Source: Rubricoccaceae bacterium
GTDB lineage: Bacteria; Bacteroidota; Rhodothermia; Rhodothermales; Rubricoccaceae
Direction of reading: 5' to 3'
DNA: 45,041 nucleotides
Assembly (NCBI GenBank): GCA_037969195.1
Contig: JBBKWZ010000034.1
Location: 1 to 45,041, forward strand
Of this stretch, positions 26,899 through 35,040 are shown one piece after another; position 1 is the stretch's first letter; each line of letters starts with the position of its first letter. A model generated the notes under the pieces. It had not been told where the DNA came from. It saw only the letters and a list, made by a program, of their open reading frames with translations, and did not search any database. A program made the translations under genes and the position numbers.

Positions 26899-27344
26899 TG
26901 GCGAGGCGCGCTCACAAACTGTCAATTCCAAGTCGCACGAGCGAACTCGCGCGCGTGCGAAAGTGCGTGAGCGCCTGGGCCGCGGAAGCTGGGCTTTCCG
27001 ATGACGAAGGCAGCGCGCTCCAGTGTGCGGTAGATGAGGCGTGCGCCAACGCTATTGAGCACGGATACAATGGCAACCCGGATGGCAGGGTGGAGCTGGA
27101 GGCAGACCTGAAACCCGACGCTCTTGTCGTGACCGTTCGCCATCAAGGCGAGCCTTTCGATCCGAAAACTCACAACATTATCGCGCTAACTGAAATGCGC
27201 TCCGGTCGACGACAGCATGGCTACGGCCTCCACCTGATGCACAAACTGGTCGACGACGTGCGTTTCATGGCTACGAAGAATTCAAGCGAGGTTCGCCTGA
27301 CGAAGCTCAAATCAGCGAGCAAACAAGAAAAGCGAGAGGCTTAG
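26898..27344 (+). CDS. Anti-sigma-factor-type serine kinase (RsbW/SpoIIAB-like HATPase_c)
   Basis: AVDEACANAIEHGY (N box) and RRQHGYGLHLMHKLVDDVRF (G box). TGATG 1-nt overlap with the STAS gene. Confidence 0.85.
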   Translation: MARRAHKLSIPSRTSELARVRKCVSAWAAEAGLSDDEGSALQCAVDEACANAIEHGYNGNPDGRVELEADLKPDALVVTVRHQGEPFDPKTHNIIALTEMRSGRRQHGYGLHLMHKLVDDVRFMATKNSSEVRLTKLKSASKQEKREA

Positions 27345-28108
27345 CCCAACTGTTTGGCTGCCAGCTTCTCCGCGTAGACATAGCTGGCGAATCCGAGGAT
27401 GTCCCAAAAATCACTGCCTTTGATTTTCTTGCGGAGTAGAAGTTTGGCTGGGAGATGGAATGGAAACAAAGCGAGTCTTCGCTTGTCGCGTTTCGTTCCC
27501 GCCCGGATAATTCTGAATCCATTCTCGAGCAAAACATTTGAGATTTCCAGTGTACTGTAAACGCGCACATGGGTCGGATCGTCGCAGAAATTTAGCGTCC
27601 CTTCCATCGAAGGAAAGTTCAACGAGCGGGCGCTCGGAAACTCAACGTACATCTTCCCGCCGGGCTTGAGCTTTCCCGCAAGGTCTTTCAACACTTGGGG
27701 GCCATTCCGAAGGTGTTCGATGACATGCGAGAGCACAACGACATCAAAAAATGACTCGGGCACCTCGTCCAAGGTGTCCTTCTCTAAATCCAGCTCGTAA
27801 TAGCCGCTCATCGCGGCGGCATCCTCGGCGTCATTCCCGTGGCTTTCGCGATCAATACCGTAGTAGCTCCACTTGGGGAACCAGCGCTTGGTGATGCTGG
27901 GCGAATTGCTTCCACAGCCCACATCCAGATAGTTGATGGCCTGGCCCGCGTACTCCCGATTCAAAAACGTGAAGCGAAACGGCATCATCACCTTGTGAAT
28001 GGGCCTGACCATGTGGATGAGCCTGCTTCGTTGCCCTTGAGAGTAAAAGGAGCGACTAAATTTATCGGTCGCGGTAGAGCTATTCGGCGAAGATAAGCCG
28101 AGCGTCAC
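27341..28108 (-). CDS. Class I SAM-dependent methyltransferase
   Basis: YLDVGCGSNS (motif I), DVVVLSHVIEHL, LKPGGKMYVEFP. Which start codon is used is uncertain. Confidence 0.8.
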   Translation of the reverse strand: MTLGLSSPNSSTATDKFSRSFYSQGQRSRLIHMVRPIHKVMMPFRFTFLNREYAGQAINYLDVGCGSNSPSITKRWFPKWSYYGIDRESHGNDAEDAAAMSGYYELDLEKDTLDEVPESFFDVVVLSHVIEHLRNGPQVLKDLAGKLKPGGKMYVEFPSARSLNFPSMEGTLNFCDDPTHVRVYSTLEISNVLLENGFRIIRAGTKRDKRRLALFPFHLPAKLLLRKKIKGSDFWDILGFASYVYAEKLAAKQLG

Positions 28109-28123
28109 TCAGGCCTTGGACGT

Positions 28124-29107
28124 TCAACTTACCAGCCGGGCAAGGTCCAGCTTCTTCTGGTCGATTTCCTTGGTTCGACTCCAGACTTCGGCGATCGGGG
28201 TTCGTTCAATCCTGCCATTCACCACACCGACCATCATATTCGCTTGACCCTCGAGGAGGGCGTCAACTGCGGCAACGCCGAGGTGGGTAGCGAGCACACG
28301 ATCTCGAGCCGTGGGTGATCCCCCACGCTGGACGTGCCCAAGAACTGTTACACGGAGATCCAGATTCTCGAAACGGCCATCCAGTGGCAACGCTTGTGCG
28401 ATCGTCTGTGCGCCGTTCAGGCTTGGCCCCTCGGCTACCACCACAATGCTACTTCGCTGTTGCTGCGACATCAATTCGGCGAGCCGAGCCTTGATGCTTC
28501 CAATATCCTCAAGATCCTCTGGAATCACGATGAGTTCAGCGCCCGCACCTATTCCGCAGTTCAATGCAATGAATCCCGTATCACGCCCCATCACTTCGAT
28601 CAGAAACACACGGTCATGGGCATCCGCCGTGTCTCGAATCTTATCGATGCTCTCCAGCGCCGTATTGATTGCCGTATCAAACCCAATGGATTCATCGGTG
28701 CCGTAAAGGTCGTTGTCGATGGTCCCGGGGCAACCGACAACCTGAATCCCGTGCTCATCCGCTAGCAGCGTAGCCGCCTGCAGCGTCCCGTCGCCACCAA
28801 TCGCAACCAGAGCATCAATGCCTCGTTCGGCAAGTTTTGCCGCCGCAATTGAACGCCCTTCCGCTTTTCTGAACTCGATGCTTCGACCGCTTTTGAGGAC
28901 GGTGCCGCCCCGCTGCAGAATGTTCGAGACCGTCTGACGGTTCATCTCCACAAAGTCACCCTCTATCATTCCTGCGTATCCACGACGAATCCCGACAACC
29001 TGAAGACCCGCCACCAACGCACTCCGCGTCACCGCGCGGATACACGCATTCATACCTGGGGCGTCGCCACCTGAAGTAAACACGCCGATGCACTGGACTG
29101 GCTTCAT
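28124..29107 (-). CDS. pfkA: ATP-dependent 6-phosphofructokinase
   Basis: IGVFTSGGDAPGMNACIRAV...IGGDGT...GCPGTIDNDLYGTD...MGRDTGFIAL...LGHVQRGG. Confidence 0.95.
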   Translation of the reverse strand: MKPVQCIGVFTSGGDAPGMNACIRAVTRSALVAGLQVVGIRRGYAGMIEGDFVEMNRQTVSNILQRGGTVLKSGRSIEFRKAEGRSIAAAKLAERGIDALVAIGGDGTLQAATLLADEHGIQVVGCPGTIDNDLYGTDESIGFDTAINTALESIDKIRDTADAHDRVFLIEVMGRDTGFIALNCGIGAGAELIVIPEDLEDIGSIKARLAELMSQQQRSSIVVVAEGPSLNGAQTIAQALPLDGRFENLDLRVTVLGHVQRGGSPTARDRVLATHLGVAAVDALLEGQANMMVGVVNGRIERTPIAEVWSRTKEIDQKKLDLARLVS

Positions 29108-30045
29108 TGTGCGTCCCGTGCGCTACTTCGGGGATCCACCGGGCGAGCGACGATGATGCCTATCTGAACATTATTGCTCTGAATGTACGTAGCCAGATCT
29201 GCCGCGATTTTCACTTCGCCCGTCCCGGACGCATGCAGGAATCCAATGCTTCCGTTATCGGAACGATCGACAAATCCTGTGTGGGTGACATCAAGGCCCC
29301 CGATGTGTGTAGCCGTGGCGATAACGTCGCCAGCCTGCAACTGGCCGTAGATGCTGGCAATCCGGTTCTGCGGGACGTATAACAACTCACGCCCGCGAAT
29401 CGCGTCTTCCATCCCAACAATACACGCAAACGCCGCGTCGCTGGCTAGACGGGAGTAAGAGTCCCGGTGGGTCGTCATGAAGTTGAGTGTTTTGGGAAGG
29501 AGCTCGCCGCCAATCTGCTGTGTGATGTTCGTCACGTGCCTTCGAGAAGAGTTGTCGTGAATCCAATCTGTGAAGTAATGAAGCCGTGAGCAATAACCAT
29601 CGAGCGAGCCATTGCGATAGCGTAGATCCTCAAGATTGCCAACGTACGTGGCGAAAGAGTAATCCTCCATCGCGATGCCACGAGCGAGAGCCATGACGTT
29701 CTCCACGAATAGCACGCAATCGAACGCGGTCAGATCGACGACAAGTGTTTCCTCCGAGCCGACGTCAAGCAAGCCGTCCTGATAGGGAGTCCCGATGAAT
29801 GCCTCTCCAACGGCCTGGACGATCTCTCCGTATGAGCGTGTATGAAACCCGTCGCCGCGGGCCGTATCCATCACGCGATCAAACGTTGCCAGCGTTTCCG
29901 AACTGGCGAGCGAGGTATCGGAAGCGGCGACCACCGGTGCATTCGGCTCAGAAACGATCTGCGCGGGCAAATCCTCTGGCGCCGCCGGAGCGTCCGCACA
30001 TGCAACAAGAAGAACGGCACAGATGAGAATTAGATGACGTGGCAT
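29104..30045 (-). CDS. DUF1460 domain lipoprotein (amidase-like fold)
   Basis: Lipobox LLVACAD. Motif FIGTPYQDGLLDVGSEETLVVDLTAFDCVLFVENVMALAR is as I recall for DUF1460. ATGA overlap with the pfkA start. Confidence 0.78.
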   Translation of the reverse strand: MPRHLILICAVLLVACADAPAAPEDLPAQIVSEPNAPVVAASDTSLASSETLATFDRVMDTARGDGFHTRSYGEIVQAVGEAFIGTPYQDGLLDVGSEETLVVDLTAFDCVLFVENVMALARGIAMEDYSFATYVGNLEDLRYRNGSLDGYCSRLHYFTDWIHDNSSRRHVTNITQQIGGELLPKTLNFMTTHRDSYSRLASDAAFACIVGMEDAIRGRELLYVPQNRIASIYGQLQAGDVIATATHIGGLDVTHTGFVDRSDNGSIGFLHASGTGEVKIAADLATYIQSNNVQIGIIVARPVDPRSSARDAQ

Positions 30046-30126
30046 AGCGAATCTGGAGGGATACCTCCCTCAAACGTGTGGTTGTCCAAAATAGCCTTCC
30101 CGAGAGAGTGCCGAGTCACGATGTCG

Positions 30127-30798
30127 TCAACCGTTGGCCTCGAGGGCATTCCAATCGGCAGTAATGGTCAACGCGTGCGCCAGGCGTATTTCGTACGTCG
30201 TCCGCGGAATGAGAACAACGCCGAGACGCGCGAGATGGGGGGTGTTCATCTGAACATCGAGCAACTCAAACCTGCCGGCACGGAGCCGCTGCACCAAATG
30301 CACCAGCGCAACCTTCGAGGCATCGCGGTCTCGGCTGAACATCGACTCTCCAAAGAACGCGCCACCAATGGCAATTCCATACACTCCGCCGACCAATTCA
30401 CCGTTTCGCCTGCATTCAACACTGCGTCCATAGCCGCGTCGATGCAATTCGGTGTACGCGTCGATCAGCTCCTCGGAAATCCATGTCTCCTCCCGGCCCG
30501 GCATCGGCGCGGCACACATCCTCATGACTTCCTGGAAGGCCCGGTCCACGCCAACCTCAAATTTCTCCTGGCGAACGGTTCGTGCCAACGATCTCGAAAT
30601 GTGCAAGCCGTCTAGTGGAAGGATGGCGCGAGGATCGGGCGCGTACCAAGAAATCCGGTTCCCGTCATCCGAATCTGCCATCGGAAAGAGGCCGCTGCAG
30701 TAAGCAGAAAGAAGTAGCTCAGTGGAAAGCGATGGATGCACAAATGCTTTGCGAAGGCTTCGAAGTGGGCCAAATTGCTTATCCCGAGCGAAAGTCAC
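30127..30798 (-). CDS. aat: Leucyl/phenylalanyl-tRNA--protein transferase
   Basis: LLSAYCSGLFPM...WYAPDPRAILPLDGLHISRSLAR...WISEELIDAYTELHRRGYGRSVE...GELVGGVYGIAIGGAFFGESMFS. Confidence 0.9.
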   Translation of the reverse strand: MTFARDKQFGPLRSLRKAFVHPSLSTELLLSAYCSGLFPMADSDDGNRISWYAPDPRAILPLDGLHISRSLARTVRQEKFEVGVDRAFQEVMRMCAAPMPGREETWISEELIDAYTELHRRGYGRSVECRRNGELVGGVYGIAIGGAFFGESMFSRDRDASKVALVHLVQRLRAGRFELLDVQMNTPHLARLGVVLIPRTTYEIRLAHALTITADWNALEANG

Positions 30799-30838
30799 AA
30801 GGGCTTGCCGTTATCTTTTGCGCCAATCAAAAAGAGCC

Positions 30839-31354
30839 ATGCAACTCCAGATCCGCCTCGGCGACCGTGAATTCAACTTCGATCGTGTCGGCAATGCCTT
30901 GTCCCTCGTTGGTGAGCCAATTGGGGCGAGTTTCGAACGGCTAAGCCCAAACTCTGGCCTACTGATTCTTGACGGGCAGACGCATGTCGTCTCGTTCGAA
31001 CGAAGGCCGGCGACAACGAAGGCAGGAGGCGAGCAAATCCGCATTACGACTAGTGGACTCGTGCAGGACGCTGTGATAAGGGACGAAGTCGCGCTTCTGC
31101 TTGATCGCTTTGGCTTCGATGATGTTGATACAGAGGCAGAACGCGAGGTGCGCGCGCCAATGCCGGGCCTTGTTTTGCATGTACTTGTCGAGTCGGGTCA
31201 GCCGGTCGAAGAAGGGCAAGGCCTTGTAGTTCTGGAAGCCATGAAGATGGAGAACGAACTCCGTTCACCGCTATCCGGCAAAGTGGCAGCAATTCGTGTC
31301 GCACCTGGTGATGCTGTTGGCAAGAATGATTTGTTGATAGAGTTGGACGACTAG
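30839..31354 (+). CDS. Biotin/lipoyl attachment domain protein (biotin carboxyl carrier type)
   Basis: C-terminal VRAPMPGLVLHVLVESGQPVEEGQGLVVLEAMKMENELRSPLSGKV contains the AMKM biotinylation motif. Start at ATG 30839. Confidence 0.85.
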   Translation: MQLQIRLGDREFNFDRVGNALSLVGEPIGASFERLSPNSGLLILDGQTHVVSFERRPATTKAGGEQIRITTSGLVQDAVIRDEVALLLDRFGFDDVDTEAEREVRAPMPGLVLHVLVESGQPVEEGQGLVVLEAMKMENELRSPLSGKVAAIRVAPGDAVGKNDLLIELDD

Positions 31355-31381
31355 GAAATTCCCCGCGATCCCTGAACTCTC

Positions 31382-32356
31382 ATGATCCTCGTTACTGGTG
31401 CCACCGGGTTTTTGGGTGCCGTCGTCGCGCGACAGCTTGTCGAGGCCGGTGAATCCGTGCGCATTCTTCGGCGAGAGCATTCGAAGCTTGATCTGCTCGG
31501 TGCCACCACCCAAAGCGTGGAGCAGGTATTGGGAGACATTACGGATTACACTTCTGTGCGTGCCGCCATGGTCGACATTCAACAGGTCATACACACAGCA
31601 GCTTACGTCGGCTTTGGTGGGAAGAAGGATGAGGGGCAGCTTCTTAGTATCAACGTGCAGGGTACCGCAAATGTCGCCGACGCAGCAAACGAGGCGGGCG
31701 TGGGGCGGATCGTGCACGTTTCCAGCATCGCCGCGATTGGGCGGAAGTCAGGCCAAGCCCAACCGATCAATGAAGAAAACGAGTGGAGTGGGTCGAAGGA
31801 GAACTCGGCTTACGCCATAAGCAAGCATCTGGCGGAAATGGAAATCCACCGCGCGATCGCTGAGGGCCTCGATGCCGTGATGGTCAACCCGGCGCTCATC
31901 TTCGGCCCCGGACGCGCGGGAGAGAACACAATGGCTATTGTAGAGAAAGTCCGGGACCGCCGAGTTCCGGCCATTCCATCCGGAGGGACATGCGTGGTGG
32001 ACGTCGAGGACGTGGCGTCGGGCGTCCGTGCCGCCCTACGCCGAGGCAAGACGAGCGAGCGATACATTCTCGGTGGCCAAAACCTGGCATGGGCAGAAAT
32101 ATTTGGTGCGCTTGCCAACGCTCTTGACGCGAAACTTCCCCGCCTAACTCTCTCTCGTGGCCCGGCGATTGTGATGGCGGCGGCCTCCGAAACGTTGGCT
32201 CGGCTAATTGGCAAGACGCCGCTGATCACCCGCGAAACCGCTCGAACAGCAACCTCAACGCATCGCTACGACAATCGCAAAGCCGTTGCGGAGCTTGGAT
32301 GCACCTTTCGAGATTTCTCCGAGACGGCGCAACGGATTGCGGCTTCGATGCGCTGA
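31382..32356 (+). CDS. NAD-dependent epimerase/dehydratase family (extended SDR) protein
   Basis: MILVTGATGFLGAVVARQL (GxxGxxG) and the YAISKHLAE (YxxxK) catalytic motif. Confidence 0.85.
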   Translation: MILVTGATGFLGAVVARQLVEAGESVRILRREHSKLDLLGATTQSVEQVLGDITDYTSVRAAMVDIQQVIHTAAYVGFGGKKDEGQLLSINVQGTANVADAANEAGVGRIVHVSSIAAIGRKSGQAQPINEENEWSGSKENSAYAISKHLAEMEIHRAIAEGLDAVMVNPALIFGPGRAGENTMAIVEKVRDRRVPAIPSGGTCVVDVEDVASGVRAALRRGKTSERYILGGQNLAWAEIFGALANALDAKLPRLTLSRGPAIVMAAASETLARLIGKTPLITRETARTATSTHRYDNRKAVAELGCTFRDFSETAQRIAASMR

Positions 32357-33169
32357 TTATTGCGTCGCGAGCCAGCCCTCAAAAAGCCCAGGCAAGAGCA
32401 TAACACTCGCACCCAGCACCATCATTACCAGTTGAAGCGCTGACTGCGATGCCGAGTTGCTATGTCGCTGGTTCAATTCCGGAATGAGGTCACTTCCAGC
32501 GATGTAGATGAACGCGCCTGCTGTAATAGGAAGCAGGTAGTCAGCGAAGCCGTCCACGCGAGAGCCGATGATGAGCGCGATGATCGCCCCAACGACGCCG
32601 ACGAGGCCCGAAAGGAAGTTGTACAAGAGTGCCTTCTTGGGACTATAGCCTCCATACACGAGTACGCCGAAGTCCCCGATCTCCTGCGGTATTTCGTGAA
32701 GCATCACCGCTACCGTTGTCACAATTCCGGCGGGAATCGAAACGAGGTACGCCGCGGCCACGATCATCCCGTCAATCAGGTTGTGGATCGCGTCGCCGAC
32801 CAGGTTCATGGTTGCGAACGGCGCTATTTCCCCAGCGTGACGATGACCATGCGAATGGCTGAGCTCCGCCCCTTCCTCCGTGGGCATTCCGTGGTGGTGC
32901 CGCCAGTGAAGGAATTTCTCCATCACAAAAAATCCGAGCACTCCGGCCAGGACGAGGCTGCCAATCAGTGCGCCATCTTCCAGTTGTTCGTAGGCCCTTG
33001 GGATGAGGTGGAGCAGCGCACCGCTCAGCATGGCGCCGACGGCAAACGAGACCAGCAGAAATATCATTCGCTCCAACCGCGCGCGACCGAGCGATAATGT
33101 GAAGACGCCCGCGAGCGACACAAGGCTCACGAGAATTACACTCCCTATGGCAAATACCCAGGCTGGCAT
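32357..33169 (-). CDS. ZIP family metal (zinc/iron) transporter
   Basis: His-rich loop HWRHHHGMPTEEGAELSHSHGHRH and the HEIPQEIGDFGVL signature. Its stop directly abuts the stop of the convergent SDR gene. Confidence 0.9.
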   Translation of the reverse strand: MPAWVFAIGSVILVSLVSLAGVFTLSLGRARLERMIFLLVSFAVGAMLSGALLHLIPRAYEQLEDGALIGSLVLAGVLGFFVMEKFLHWRHHHGMPTEEGAELSHSHGHRHAGEIAPFATMNLVGDAIHNLIDGMIVAAAYLVSIPAGIVTTVAVMLHEIPQEIGDFGVLVYGGYSPKKALLYNFLSGLVGVVGAIIALIIGSRVDGFADYLLPITAGAFIYIAGSDLIPELNQRHSNSASQSALQLVMMVLGASVMLLPGLFEGWLATQ

Positions 33170-33225
33170 GAGAACGTCCGCCTAAGGGCTAGTCGAGAAT
33201 GAGATAGTTACTCGTCGAACGATCC

Positions 33226-33822
33226 TCACGCCGACTCCATCGCTTTGGGTGGCGCAAGCAGGTATTCGGCTTCCACTACACCCCCAGCCATTTCGGCGAG
33301 CCGGCGTTTCAAGAGCCGCTTTCTCAACGGTGAGAGGTGGTCGAGAAAGAGCACTCCGTTGAGATGATCAAGCTCATGCTGGAAAACTCGTGCAAAAATG
33401 TCGTCCACCTCCAGTTCATGCTCAGTGAACTGCCTGTCTAAAAAGCGAACTCGGAGTTGGTCTGGCCGCGTAACCCACTCCACGATGCCGGGAATCGACA
33501 AACAGCCTTCCTCAAACTCCAGAACGTTGCTTTCATCGGCTTCAACGATTTCGGGGTTGATGAGCGCGAATGGAGCCACCGCATAGAAAGGGACTTCGCC
33601 CCCTTCCGCCTCCGCGATCTCTTCTGCCGGACCCGATAAATTGATCACAAACAAACGTTCTTTCCTCCCAACCTGAGGAGCAGCAAGGCCCACGCCCGTC
33701 GCCTGGCCCATCGTCTCAATCATGTCGTCGATAAGCTGCTGCAACTCAGGGGAATCTGCGCCGACAGGCACAGTTTTCTTCCGGAGGATCGGCTGACCGT
33801 ACGTGTATATGGGTAGAATCAT
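33226..33822 (-). CDS. def: Peptide deformylase
   Basis: GVGLAAPQVG, EGCLSIPG and HELDHLNG motifs. Confidence 0.95.
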   Translation of the reverse strand: MILPIYTYGQPILRKKTVPVGADSPELQQLIDDMIETMGQATGVGLAAPQVGRKERLFVINLSGPAEEIAEAEGGEVPFYAVAPFALINPEIVEADESNVLEFEEGCLSIPGIVEWVTRPDQLRVRFLDRQFTEHELEVDDIFARVFQHELDHLNGVLFLDHLSPLRKRLLKRRLAEMAGGVVEAEYLLAPPKAMESA

Positions 33823-33869
33823 GAAAACTCGAAGCTACAAGTCATGAAGGAAGGTACTTCGCGCGTAAG

Positions 33870-34316
33870 TCAGGAATGCCCCGATTGCACGCTCCCGTGT
33901 TCCTCGAGGTAGTCCTCAAGGATGAGCACGGCCGAGGCCGCATCTAGCCGGCCCTTCTCACGTCGAGCTTTCTTCTTGACTCCTGCCGCGACAAGAGCAT
34001 GTGCCGCGCGCTTTGACGTGTGGCGTTCATCCTGCTGAACAACGTTGACGTTGCGAAATGCGTTCTTCAGACGACCGAAGTAGGGTTCAACACGGCGAGT
34101 TGCTTTGCCCTCCTCGTCATTCTCGGTGAGCGGCCATCCCACGACGATCGTTTCGATACCGTCGGTCGCGTGCAATTCATCTAGCCGAGCCAAGGCGGCA
34201 TCCGGCGAAAATGTGCCAATAGGCTGCACAAACATCCGTAGTGGATCGGTCATGGCCAACCCCACTCTCTTTGTGCCATAATCGACAGCTGCGATGCGCG
34301 GAAACGGCTTACTCAT
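33870..34316 (-). CDS. ruvX: Holliday junction resolvase-like protein RuvX (YqgF)
   Basis: IAAVDYGTKRVGLAMTD...VVGWPL...DERHTS. Start at ATG 34316. Confidence 0.9.
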   Translation of the reverse strand: MSKPFPRIAAVDYGTKRVGLAMTDPLRMFVQPIGTFSPDAALARLDELHATDGIETIVVGWPLTENDEEGKATRRVEPYFGRLKNAFRNVNVVQQDERHTSKRAAHALVAAGVKKKARREKGRLDAASAVLILEDYLEEHGSVQSGHS

Positions 34317-34397
34317 ACGCCTAGATACAACAAGGCCGGGCTGCGCAAACAGCCCGGCCAGGGAGAACATTCGGAGTCCTTACGGGGACATCGAAGC

Positions 34398-34823
34398 TCA
34401 GTGTCCGTTTTTGTGCCCATTCACCGCCTTTGCCAACTCGGCTGGAGTCAGCAAGGCATCAGCGCTGCCTTCGGGGATCGAGTAACCAAGATCCGCGAGA
34501 GGTCGCTGCAACTCTTCTTTCATCAGCTTGCTCGGCTTGAAGTGAGTCTTTCGGCGGCTCGGGATGAAAACAGTTTCGTTGGTTTTTGGATTGCGTGCCT
34601 TTGGCTTCGCCTTCGTCTTCTTGACCTCGAAAACTCCAAAATCGCGGAGTTCGATGCGGAGCTCAGGATCGGCTTCGATCATCAATTCGCGGATGGCATC
34701 GATAACTGCGCTAACCCACGGCTCGCTCTTGTAAATCGGCTGGCCCTGAATCTTCGCTACGCGGCGCGCTACGTCTTTCTTCGTTAGTGTTGGGACGCGT
34801 TTGTTAATCACTGTCTGTTCCAT
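34398..34823 (-). CDS. HU/IHF family DNA-binding protein with a C-terminal extension
   Basis: LTKKDVARRVA...AVIDAIRELM...IELRDFGVFEVKKTKAKPKARNPKTNETVFIPSRRKTHFKPSK. Start at ATG 34823. Confidence 0.85.
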   Translation of the reverse strand: MEQTVINKRVPTLTKKDVARRVAKIQGQPIYKSEPWVSAVIDAIRELMIEADPELRIELRDFGVFEVKKTKAKPKARNPKTNETVFIPSRRKTHFKPSKLMKEELQRPLADLGYSIPEGSADALLTPAELAKAVNGHKNGH

Positions 34824-35040
34824 GGCGATAGGAGAGGTGGTTATAAGAGTGGCGGATATTGCGGCAGGGGACATTCAGTCGAGCGTAACCCCGTTGCCAT
34901 CGGAACGACGAAAATAGTCTCTCAGCCCTCGTATTTATTGAGGTTTGCCTGAGGACTGTGCAGTGTTCGGCGGAAACACAAGATTCCTTCACCCCTCCTT
35001 CTCGTTCAGCGCGAACTAAACATCCAAAACTACTAATCGG

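Noticed and set aside
32462-33097. 211-aa plus-strand ORF antisense to the ZIP transporter gene
   Set aside because: The ZIP reading frame has the family signature and membrane topology. The antisense frame has neither.
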